NCBI RefSeq assembly: GCF_028641065.1
Contig: NC_073395.1
Span: forward strand, 14,508,001-14,572,000
Source of the DNA: Leucoraja erinacea
Lineage: Eukaryota
Direction: 5' to 3'
Length of the DNA stretch: 64,000 nt
Below are positions 36,311 through 47,039 of this stretch, piece after piece. Position 1 is the stretch's first letter; each line of letters starts with the position of its first letter. The notes beneath the pieces are model-generated. The model worked only from the letters and a program-made list of their open reading frames with translations. It was not told where the DNA came from and ran no database searches. A program made the translations under genes and the position numbers.

Positions 36311-38294
36311 GACCCGAGGTCGTTTCTGACTACGGGCGCTGTCTGCATAGAGTTTGTACGTTCTCCCCGTGACCGCATGGGTTTTCTCCGGGCGCTCCGA
36401 TTTCTTCACACACTCCAAAGACGTACAGGTTTTGTAAGGCCATTGGCTTGGCACAAATGTAAATGTAAAATTGTCCCTAGTGTATGTAGGGTGGTGTTGG
36501 TGTGCGGGGATTGCGGGTCGGGGCGGACTTAGTGGGCCGAAGGGCCTGTTTCCGCACTGTATCTCTAAACTAAACTAAACAATGACAGTAGACAAGAAAT
36601 GTCACGTTGTTGCAAATACCCTCTTGGATCAGTTCTATCCATCGGGGAAGAATATCTGCCATCATTGTCAAGTCGAGTTTACACATGAACCCTGTTGATG
36701 GCAAGCTGGGAAGAGTAAAGCAATGAGATTAAGTGTAAATTAGAGACAGTGAGTGATTTATGGTCAGCGTAGACGTGATGGATCATAGTGGCCTATTTTC
36801 ATACTCTGTGTCTCCGTGACTCCATGGCTCATAATGACCTCGATTTTGAGGCAAATAGGGATGGACTATAAATGCTGATCATGCCCACATTTGTGAACTA
36901 AAAAAATTATACATGATGTATAAATAAATTACACATCCTGACCCGAGCTCATAATCAAAGCAGAACTAAGAGCGTTGTACTATTGTTGGGGAGACACAGA
37001 GACCGCATATGCTGCAATGTAGAACAATCATGTGCTCTGAACCAGGACAAAAAAAAGATATTCTGATACAGGGTCTTGACCCGAAATATCGCTAATTCAT
37101 TCCCCCAAAGAAGCTACTCAATCCGCTGAATTCCTCCAGCAGTCTTTTTTTTTTGCTGCAATATTGTTTGAGTTGTTTGAAGGATGTAACATTAATCTGA
37201 GGCATCATTTGCTCGTTTGGCTGCTGTAAAATAAATTGACAGTAAAGATAGGGGAAAATCAATTGTACGGGACCAAAATTCCTCCTTCAATCTATACCAC
37301 CAATAAACTGATTACTGCTGATTATGAGAACTTGCAGAACTAAAACATAGCCCTAAATGTTGATACTTATATATCATATTGACACGTTCTGTACATGTGG
37401 TAAGTTTTTTGTGGGGTGGACAATGTTAAATTGCTTTAATTCGTATACACTTATTGTTTCATATATATGTGTGTGTATTTCCTAAATTATGATTATTTTT
37501 ACAAATGTGCCGTCGAATCAATTACCAATTAAATGATATAGGAGTGGTTTGGTGATCAAAAGAATCTTGGTGGCAGCATTATCAAAATAAACCTAATCAT
37601 AGTCAGTTGTCGCATTCTAGTCCGAACTTTATTCTTTGTTCAACAGACTGGCATTCAGTATTGTTGACACACGTAACTGGGGTGACACCAAAGAATTAAC
37701 CTAAACTGAACCATCGACCTAACATAAGCAGAATATAGCAACGCTCACTGTAATATCGTCACAGAACTTTGCAAACAGGGCAGAATTAAAATGTAAAATA
37801 CTTGAGAATTCCAAATTCTAAAAAGGAGGTGAGGAGGAACTTCTTTAGTCAGAGGGTAGTTAATCTGTGGAACTCATTGCTACAGAGTAGATATAACAGT
37901 GGATATTTTTAATGTAGAGATAGACAATTTGATTAGAACGGGCGTCAAGGGTTATGGGGAGAAGGCAGGAAAATGGGATTAGGTGGCAGAGATCAGCCAT
38001 GATTGAGTGGCGGAGTGGACTCGATGGGCCGAATGGCCCAATTCTACTATAACTTGTGAACTTGTGAAAAACGCGATGGGATATATTCACAGAATCCCTC
38101 ACCATGTGTAAAAGAACTGGCATAAAATCTCCCGCACTCTGTATGACAGAGACATTGTGGGCTTCAGTCATTGAGTTCCTCCTGCCATGGATTGTGATCA
38201 CACGATCCTACTGGATATATGGAATGGATGACCATAAGTCCTTGATAATGCCATTCTCCTTCAGTTTAATCTTTGGACTTTCGACTTCACTCCC

Positions 38295-38548
38295 TTTGGC
38301 CCACCAAGTCCACGCCGACCAGCGATCACCAGCAACTAAACATTAACACTATCCTACACATTGGGGAAAAGTTACCATTTTACCTAAGCCAATTAACCTA
38401 AAATCTCTTTGGATTGTGGGGGGAAGAAGAGACACTAAAGCAGGTCATAGGAGAATATACACACTCCATACAGACAACACCCATAGTCAGGATTACATCT
38501 GGGTCTTTGGCGCTGTAAGGCAGCAACTCTACCACTGTGACACCATCA
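38295..38548 (-). mobile_element. HE1-like V-SINE
   Basis: Reverse complement head ggcgctgtaaggcagcaactctaccactgtg. Confidence 0.8.
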
Positions 38549-39524
38549 CCCATTATTTTTAAACTGTAGCCACAAGATCCAAAATATATACCGAATCCTA
38601 GTACCCTGTCCTACATCCGTTCAATCACCAAGGCATAGAAGGCTACTGACCAAGTGCTGGTAAATAAGATTAGTGTAGATGTATTGGAGAGAGTTAGATG
38701 TAGCTCTTCAGGCTAACGGAATCAAGGGATATGAGGAGAAAGCAGGAACAGGCTACTGATTTTGAATGATCAGCCATGATCATATTGAATGGCGGTGCTG
38801 GATTGGAGCCAAATGGCCTACTCCTGCACGTATTTTCTATATTTCTAGATGGGGACGATGAATGGGGTGTGCCGAAAGGCCTGCTTCTATGTTGTGCCTT
38901 TCCATGACGCTAAGTGATGGGGAATTGTGCCATGTGTTGTCAAAGGTGATAGACAACCTCAGGCTGAGTATCTCAGTCACAATCTCATGGTGGCCATGAC
39001 ACAAGCAGCTCAAACCTTACTCAATAATGAGCCATTCCCCCCAACCCCTCTGCCTTACAATCTTGTAGGCTGGTATTTTTTGCCATGTCAACGTCTTGAG
39101 AAAATAACATCAAATAAATTTAAAAGCAATCATGATACTATCATGGATTTAAATAGCCTTATTCACGGTATCTCATAAAATGTTTTATGCATCATTAACC
39201 GGAAGGAGAGGCAGCTCAGGATGGTTGTTTTTTTATATCCGTTGGCTCCGAAGATTAATATAGTTGAAGCTCATTAAACTCGCTGGCTGTGCTGCCCTGT
39301 GGCTGCAGCTGATGGGGGGGGGGAAACAGAGGGGTGGTGTACCGTACGAGGAGTCCCGAGAGACACTGAGGTTACCCACTTCTTGTTCCAGCTCCTAAAC
39401 CCCTGAACATCCAGGTAGCACACTCACTGAGTGGTTCACTCCCCACCTCCCCATCTCCCCCAAGCCCCACCACCTTGCTCCATGTCATTCATTCTCACAG
39501 AACCACGTGAAAATGGGAGCAGGA

Positions 39525-39768
39525 GTTGCCTCTTCATCATAAGATTTGCCGTTCAAATCGCACCGAAGGATTTGAGCACAAAGCCTTCAAGTGGTGCCCG
39601 CATTTGTGATGGAAATCCGGGATTACATCTGTACGCACAACTGGATGTAAAAATAAATCAATGCCGCTGGTCTGAAGATGAGCAGTATTACTCTTTCTCG
39701 TATCGTGCCCACTAATACCATGGTTACTCTTTGTAAGGGTTGTGCATAAATTTAGTTTACATTTTACA
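39525..39768 (+). repeat. Unclassified ~245-bp dispersed repeat, copy 1 (inverted partner at 50966-51210)
   Basis: Shared blocks ggattacatctgtac, ctggtctgaagatgagc, ggttactctttgta, tttacattttac. Confidence 0.85.
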
Positions 39769-39779
39769 ATTAATATGTT

Positions 39780-40082
39780 GGCATGGTGGCCCAGTGATAG
39801 AATGGCTGCCTTACAGCGCCAGAGACCTGGGTTTGATCCAGACTCCAGGTGCTGTCTGTATGGAGTTTGTGCGTTCTCCCTGCAATAGCGTGGGTTTTTT
39901 CCGGGATCTCCAGTTTCCTCCCACATGTTCATGTTTGTAGGCTAATTGGCTTGGTATAATTTTAAATTGTCCCTCGTGTGTGTAGGATAATGTGCAGGGA
40001 ACGGCGGTCAGTGTGGAGTCGGTGGGCCGCAGGTGCTTTTTCCCGGCTGTATCTCTACACTAAACGAAAGTAAACTAAACTA
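39780..40082 (+). mobile_element. HE1-like V-SINE
   Basis: Head, V-domain, taaactaaac tail. Confidence 0.85.
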
Positions 40083-40524
40083 GAGGAGTAGGGCACTTGG
40101 TCCGGCCCTGCCATTCAATATGATCTGCCCCCCATCACAACTCCTCATAGCCTCAATTCCCCGAATTTTCAAATATATATTTATCTTCCAATTTAATTAT
40201 CCTCAATAATCCAGCTTCCATGACCCTCTTGCTTACAGAATTATAGGGAGTCGGCAAGAAGAAATTCTGATGCACCTGAATTTTAAATGGCCGTTCCTCA
40301 TCTTGAGTTACTTTATTCAGGAACTACTGGGGTAGTTGCCAGCAATACAAACAAGAACTAGTCTTCAAATACTTCAATTGTAATTACAGGATGGGACATT
40401 GCACCATTGAATCATACGGTGAATCAATAGATAATATGATTGTACAGACATAAGGAACTGCAGATGCTGGAATCTGAAGCAGAACACAAAGTGCTGGAGT
40501 AATTCAGCAGGTTAGGCATCATCT

Positions 40525-40590
40525 GGCCCCATAGTAGAAGCATCCTCGTCCCAGGGCTGGGAACTGAAAGCATCCCGAGCTAATTCTGCC
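40525..40590 (+). ncRNA. HDV-like (CPEB3-like) self-cleaving ribozyme, probably decayed
   Basis: P1 GGCCCC / J1/2 AU / P2 AGUAGAA / P3 GCA / L3 UCCUCGU / P3' CCC / P1' AGGGCU / P1.1 GG / P4 region / J4/2 CUAA (C at 40580) / P2' UUCUGCC. Confidence 0.75.
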
Positions 40591-40718
40591 ACCGCCATCA
40601 TCTATTGCAACAGGCGATGGCTTCCACTGATTGTCGTCGGAAGCTTGCGTCTTTTTCAAGGCGGATGATGAAAGCGATGTCAACATTTGAAACATGGAAC
40701 ATGGACACAAAAGAAGAA
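40525..40718 (+). mobile_element. Ribozyme-headed short retroposon, copy 1; (GAA)n tail; TSD ggca(t/g)catct (40515-40524 / 40719-40728); inserted into a Penelope terminal repeat
   Basis: Colinear end-to-end with 44667-44860; both copies start GGCCCCATAG and end ggacac(a/g)aaagaagaag. Confidence 0.88.
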
Positions 40719-41321
40719 GGCAGCATCTGGGAAGGAATGGAAGGGCAATATTTTGGGTCGCACACTTCCTTAGACTGAAAGACACAAGGCCTAAAGAGAT
40801 AATGTGATTATGTTAGTCGGACAACATTGAAACATTACAGGATGGGATTAGGTAGGGGTCAGGACTAGTCGTTGTGCCACTTTAAGTGACAGGGTAAAAA
40901 TTGTTTTTTCTTGTCAATCAATATTTGCTTTTTTAAAATTCCATGAGCTATTCCTCTGTACAGTGGTAAAGGAAAAATGACACAAATTGCTGAAGTATTT
41001 CAACAGGTCAGACAGCATCTTTGGAGAAGATGGATAGGTAATGATTCAGATTGGCACCATTCTTTAGGCTGATGAGGGCGGGAGAGGGGGGGTGGTAAAG
41101 AAAACTGGGAGAGGAGGGGTAGGGCAAAGCCTGGCAAGGGATAGGCATATGGTGGGGGGGGGGATAGTGGAGGGGATGTGAAAGATAGCCAGACTTTGTC
41201 CTGCCTCTCCTCTCATCCAGCTTTTCCCACCCCTCCACCCCCAATCAATCTTACGAAGGGTCCCGACCTGTAACGTCACCTATACACGTACTCCAGACCT
41301 GCTGCCTGACCCGTTGAGTTA

Positions 41322-43496
41322 AGCCCCTGTCCCACTTAGGAAACCTGAACGGAAACCTCTGGTGACCTTGCCCACGACCCAAGGTTTCCATGAGGTTGCC
41401 GGAGGTTTTGGTCACTCTCCCTAATGGTCGAAAGTGGTTCATCGAGGTCGCTGCTTTTTTTTCAACATGTTTAAAACCGACCTCGACTTAAAATTGGTTG
41501 CCGTTTGGTCGAAGTAGTAGAGTGAGGTTGCTATTTACTTACAGGCAGTCGAAGGCCATCTCCTTCGCTGACTGGCCATTTTGATTGGCTCATTGGAGTT
41601 TCATGACCTAGAAGACTCGCGGGTAGGTAAAATGCCCGCTAAACTTTATNNNNNNNNNNNNNNNNNNNNNNNNNNNNNNNNNNNNNNNNNNNNNNNNNNN
41701 NNNNNNNNNNNNNNNNNNNNNNNNNNNNNNNNNNNNNNNNNNNNNNNNNNNNNNNNNNNNNNNNNNNNNNNNNNNNNNNNNNNNNNNNNNNNNNNNNNNN
41801 NNNNNNNNNNNNNNNNNNNNNNNNNNNNNNNNNNNNNNNNNNNNNNNNNNNNNNNNNNNNNNNNNNNNNNNNNNNNNNNNNNNNNNNNNNNNNNNNNNNN
41901 NNNNNNNNNNNNNNNNNNNNNNNNNNNNNNNNNNNNNNNNNNNNNNNNNNNNNNNNNNNNNNCCTTCTCTCTTCTCTCCCCCTTCTCCCCTCCCCCTTCT
42001 CTCCCCCTCTCTCCCCCTTCTCTCCTTCTCTCCCCCTTCTCTCCCCCTTTCTCTCCCCCTTCTCTCCCTTCTCTCCCCCTTCTCTCCCCCTTCTCTCCCC
42101 TTCTTCCCCCTCTCCNNNNNNNNNNNNNNNNNNNNNNNNNNNNNNNNNNNNNNNNNNNNNNNNNNNNNNNNNNNNNNNNNNNNNNNNNNNNNNNNNNNNN
42201 NNNNNNNNNNNNNNNNNNNNNNNNNNNNNNNNNNNNNNNNNNNNNNNNNNNNNNNNNNNNNNNNNNNNNNNNNNNNNNNNNNNNNNNNNNNNNNNNNNNN
42301 NNNCTCTCTCCCCCTTCTCTCCCNNNNNNNNNNNNNNNNNNNNNNNNNNNNNNNNNNNNNNNNNNNNNNNNNNNNNNNNNNNNNNNNNNNNNNNNNNNNN
42401 NNNNNNNNNNNNNNNNNNNNNNNNNNNNNNNNNNNNNNNNNNNNNNNNNNNNNNNNNNNNNNNNNNNNNNNNNNNNNNNNNNNNNNNNNNNNNNNNNNNN
42501 NCCTTCTCTCCCCCTTCTCCCTCCTTCTCTCCCTTCCCCCCTCTCTCTCTCCCCCCTCCCCCCTTCTCTCCTCTCTCCCCTTATCTCCCNNNNNNNNNNN
42601 NNNNNNNNNNNNNNNNNNNNNNNNNNNNNNNNNNNNNNNNNNNNNNNNNNNNNNNNNNNNNNNNNNNNNNNNNNNNNNNNNNNNNNNNNNNNNNNNNNNN
42701 NNNNNNNNNNNNNNNNNNNNNNNNNNNNNNNNNNNNNNNNNTCCCCCTCTCCCTTCTCTTCTCTCCCCCTTCTCTCCCCTCTCTTCTCTCCCCCTCTCTC
42801 CCCCTCTCCCCTCCTTCTTCTCTCCCCCTTCTCTTCTTCTCTCCCCTTCTTCTCTCCCCCTCTCTCCCTTCTCTCTCCCCTTCTCTCCCCCTTCTCTCTC
42901 CCCTTCTCTCCCCCCTCTCTCCTCCCCCTCTCTCCCCTTCTCNNNNNNNNNNNNNNNNNNNNNNNNNNNNNNNNNNNNNNNNNNNNNNNNNNNNNNNNNN
43001 NNNNNNNNNNNNNNNNNNNNNNNNNNNNNNNNNNNNNNNNNNNNNNNNNNNNNNNNNNNNNNNNNNNNNNNNNNNNNNNNNNNNNNNNNNNNNNNNNNNN
43101 NNNNNNNNNNNNNNNNNNNNNNNNNNNNNNNNNNNCCTTCTCTCCCTTCTCTCCCCTTCTCTCTCCCCCTTCTCTCCCCCCCTTCTCCCCCCCCCCCCTT
43201 CTCTCCCCGCGCTCTCTAAAGGACTTACTGTACTATGTGGCAGCCGTTTACCTCCTCTTCATCGCATAGACAGTGCTCCTCCGCTCTCCACGGCCCACAC
43301 CTTCGCGATGTGTTTGTATGTGTGTGTGTGCGTGTGCAGTCTGTAGATGCAGCTCGCGCTTCGGTCAATCCAGCTCGAGGCTTTGCAGGCGAGTGACCAA
43401 AACCTCCTGTGACCTTGTGGCGACCTTGCAGCGACCATGGTTGCGGGCAAGGTCGCCAGAGGTTGCTGTTTAGGTCGCCCAAGTGGGACAAGGGCT
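41322..43496. mobile_element. ~2.2-kb non-autonomous Harbinger/PIF element with CT-rich, N-masked interior; TSD TTA
   Basis: TTA|agcccctgtcccactt ... aagtgggacaagggct|TTA; removing it restores the host repeat ccgttgagttactcca. Confidence 0.88.
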
Positions 43497-44666
43497 TTAC
43501 TCCACCACTTTGTGTCTTTTTTTGTAAACCAGCATCTGCAGTTCCTCGTTTCTACAATTTTGAGGTGGCTGGATTCCCAGCAAATGTGTTTGAATATTCA
43601 GGGATGTCTTGACAGTGGAAATGTGCTCTCATTGTAAATATGTAATTTTACAGAAGCCACTTGTCCAAACTAAGGTATAAATAGTGAACTGTCTAAATAT
43701 AATGATTAAAACTTTACTTAATCATCTGCTTTATGCTTACCTTTGTGCTTAATGAGGATAAAATCTCAAAGTACTGAGCTCAGCCAGATTCATCTACAAG
43801 ATTGAACCAAGAAGGTCTCCAAGGAGATTCTTCCACCCGATCACCTGCAAAATGAAAATCGAAACAAAAAGAGAGTGGAAATCTAAAATAAAAAAAGAAC
43901 ATGCTGAAAACGCACGGTAGGTCAGGCGTCATCTGTGGGAAAAGAAAGGGAGTTAATATTTCAGGTTGATGGCTCGATTGTAATCATGCATTGTCTTTCT
44001 GTTGACTAGATAGCAGGCAACAAAGGCTTTTCACTGTTCCTCGGTACACGTGGCAATAAACTGAACTAAACTGATGAACATTTGCCGCAACTGTCTTTAT
44101 TGTATTACTCCCCTCCTGAATTTCTGCTTGGGTTGACCTTAAGTGCATGGTTCCTGGTCTGTGTGCGGCTCATTCAAAGTTAAAACAGAGGACAAGAGTG
44201 GAGAAAGTTAATAGGGGGCATGATTGAGGGATGTAAAATTCTGAAGGGTGTGAACAAGATAAACCAGGAAGCAGCTTTCAAGCAGCTGCTCTATAAGTTG
44301 CAGCTTTCCAAAACATTGGGTAGGTTGCAATTGGAGTGTTGCTTGCAGTTCTGCTCACCCCATGACAGGAAAGATGTGGAGGCATTGAAGCTGCAGAAGA
44401 GCTTTACCAGAATACTGCCAGGTTTAGAGGGTATTGGCCATAAGGAGAATTGGGCAAATTTGCAAGGTTTTCTCTGGAGCAGCAAAGGCTGAGGGGAGAC
44501 CTGAAACAAGTGTAACCATATAACATATAACCATATAACAATTACAGCACGGAAACAGGCCATCTCGGCCCTACAAGTCCGTGCCGAACAATTATTAATT
44601 ATAAAAAATGTATAAAATGATGAGAGACTTAGATCGGGTAGACAGTCGAAACCTTTCTCCTAGGGT

Positions 44667-44860
44667 CTTCTTCTTCTTTTCGTGTCCATCTTGTAACAAA
44701 TGTTGACCTCGCTGTCATCGTCCGTCCTGAAAAGACGCAAGCTTCTGGCGACAATCAGTGGAAGCCATCACTTGTCGCCATATATGATGGTGATAGCAGA
44801 ATTAGCTCAGGATACTTCCAGTTTCCAGCCCTGTGACATGGACGCTTCTGCTATGGGGCC
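44667..44860 (-). mobile_element. Ribozyme-headed short retroposon, copy 2; (GAA)n tail; TSD ttctcct(a/g)gggt (44655-44666 / 44861-44872)
   Basis: TSD and (ctt)n tail read directly; inserted in CR1. Confidence 0.9.
44795..44860 (-). ncRNA. HDV-like (CPEB3-like) self-cleaving ribozyme
   Basis: Minus strand GGCCCC AU AGCAGAA GCG UCCAUGU CAC AGGGCU GG AAACUGGAAGUAUCCUGAG CUAA UUCUGCU: perfect 7-bp P2, G.U at the first P1 pair, CC/GG P1.1, putative catalytic C at 44805. Confidence 0.8.
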
Positions 44861-45289
44861 TTCTCCTGGGGTGAAAATATCAAACACTAGGGAGCATAAG
44901 GACAGAGGGAGAAAGTTTAAAGGAGATGTGCAGGGCAAGTTTTTTTACACAGAATGAGGTTGGTGCCTGGAATGCACTGCCAGGGGTGGCGGTGGGAGTA
45001 GGTGCAACAATGGATTTTAAGAGGCTTTTAGATAGATACATGAAGATGTAAGAAGGGATGGAGGGACATCGAGAATGTGCTGATTGAAGGGATTAGGTTA
45101 AGTAGGCATCATGTATGGCACAGAAAGCATGGGCCGAACAGACTATTCCTCTGCCGTTCTGTTCTATGTTCTATGTTTCTAATGTTTAACGAGTGTTCGT
45201 CCCAGAGAGAGGTTCCAAGAGAAAGAGGCACAAACCAAAGGAAGTGATGTAGGATGCATAAAATACATTAGAGTATACAAAATAGCAAG

Positions 45290-46985
45290 GGCTGCAGGAA
45301 CCCTGGGCATTTTTCATGATGATACAACAGAAGAAGATTAAATCAGGAAGGGAGAAAATGAATCTTGGAAGAACAGTTGCACTCAGTATGAAAACTAACA
45401 GCAAAATGTTTTATGGATGCATAAATAGGAAGAGTGTACGAAGGAACAAAGGAAAAGGATGTCTAAGGTAAATGTGGGGCCTCTGGAGAATGAGACTAAT
45501 GAATTATTAACAACAAACTAAAAAAGGGCAGGCATGTTGAATAATCTTTTGCCTCCGTCTTCACCGTGGAAGGCATTGCTAATATCCCTAAGATATTGTA
45601 ACTCTGCGGGACATGCAGCATCTCTGGAGAGAAGGAATGGGCGATGTTTCGGGTCTCGACATGAAACGTCACCCATTCCTTCTCTCCAGAGATGCTGCCT
45701 GTCCCACTGAGTTACTCCAGCTTTTAGCGTCCCTCTTCGATTTAAACCAGCAGCTGAAGTTCCTTGATACATATCCCTAAGATATTAGGCGGGCTGACAT
45801 CAAAAAACATTGTGGACCGTACAAAAATCTAATTTACATGGGATAAAATACTGAAGGAACTCACGGGGCTAAAAGCTCACAACCTTTGACCTGATAGACT
45901 GCAAGTTAGGGTCTTTTTAAGGGCGATGGCTGTGCCGATAGTGGAGTTCTTTTTTTTTAATGTTTTCATAACTTGTTAAACTCTGAGAGAGAACCAGAAG
46001 TTAAAAAAACGGCTAGATAGCTTAACAGTTATTATTGCAAGATGCTAATGTAAAAAAATCAAAGAGAAATTGCAAATCATTTGGGAAAGCTGAATATGAT
46101 TAAACCTAGTAAATTTGACTTCATGAAAGGTAAATCACAATTGACAAATTGGCTCGAATTCTCAGTGGATGTAACAAGGTGTGTTGCTAGAATGGAACGT
46201 ATAATAACAGGAGTCATCAGACCCTTCAAGCCTGTGCTGCCAGTTAATATTACCATGGCTGATCCATGCTGGTCTCAACTCTTTCCCCGTACCCCACTAA
46301 TCTTCGATCTACCAATTATATATTTAGCTCTACTGTAAATACTTCTTGTGCGACAAAGAGTATTTAAATTTCCAAAAGGCATTTGTCAAGGTGCTATAAA
46401 AGAGACTGGTGCATAAGTTAGAAGCCCGTGGTTTTGGAGAACGTGTGTTAGTATGGATTTAAAACTGCCTCTCTCTTAGAAAACAGAGTGTCGAAACAGA
46501 GTGGAAATAAATGGGTTATTTTCAAATTGGATGTAAACGAGTACAGGAGTGCCGCAAGGATCAGTTCTTGGAACACGGTCATTCAATATTTATTTAATGA
46601 CCTAGAGGAAGGAACAGAGAAAGCAAAAGGCATGTTATTATCTTAATAGGGAGAGACCTCAAGTGAGTGAAGTTCAGAGGGATCAAGGTACTCTGGTGCA
46701 TGAATCACAAAAAGTCAGCATGTTGATCCATCAAGTAGCTAAGGCAAAAAGGTATTTGAGCCTTCATTCCAAAGGAGTTGGAAGGTTTGTTACAGTTTTA
46801 CAGAGTGTTGGTGAGGATTCACCTTAAATGCTGCACAAAGTCTTGGTTCCATCACCAAACAGAGGACATAAATGGCTTTGGAGGCAGTCCAATGGAAATT
46901 CACCAAGCTAATTCCTGGGATGAGAGAGTCCTACGAAGAGAGGCTAAATAGTTTGGCTCTGTATTCCTTGGAGTTTAGAAGATCT
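45290..46985 (+). mobile_element. Old CR1 ORF2 remnant
   Basis: FMKGKSQLTNWLEFSVDVT, aaatttccaaaaggcatttg (DFQKAFD), ggagtgccgcaaggatcagt (GVPQGS). Confidence 0.8.
45598..45770. mobile_element. Fold-back Penelope-derived insert; 16-bp TSD atatccctaagatatt (45582-45597 / 45771-45786)
   Basis: Inverted arms centred on gggtctcgac. Confidence 0.88.
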
Positions 46986-47039
46986 AAATGCAAGAAACGG
47001 CATCACACTCGAGTATGCTTTTTCCCAGGGTCACTATTG

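Larger units (their letters stand above)
34418..36580 (+). mobile_element. HE1-like V-SINE split by a CR1 insertion
   Basis: ttacagcgccagaga (34443-34457) | gacccgagg..tgactacggg (36311 onward) ... taaactaaactaaac. Confidence 0.85.
34270..36905 (+). mobile_element. Ancient tRNA-derived SINE, outer host of a nested HE1-like SINE and a CR1
   Basis: Head gtggagcaatggttaa..gggtttgaatcccacc (34272-34350); body resumes ~36580 (ggggaagaatatctgcc); tail agggatgg..aatgctg..gcccacat..aaaaaa ~36860-36905. Confidence 0.55.
44200..45180 (+). mobile_element. Old CR1 3' region hosting nested inserts
   Basis: QLSKTLGRLQLECCLQFCSPHDRKDVEALK; tail ttctatgttctatg. Confidence 0.75.

Noticed and set aside
41581-43269. 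562-aa ORF and other long ORFs spanning N-runs (12879-13470, 58660-59716, 61176-61783)
   Set aside because: Open only because of Ns and low-complexity sequence
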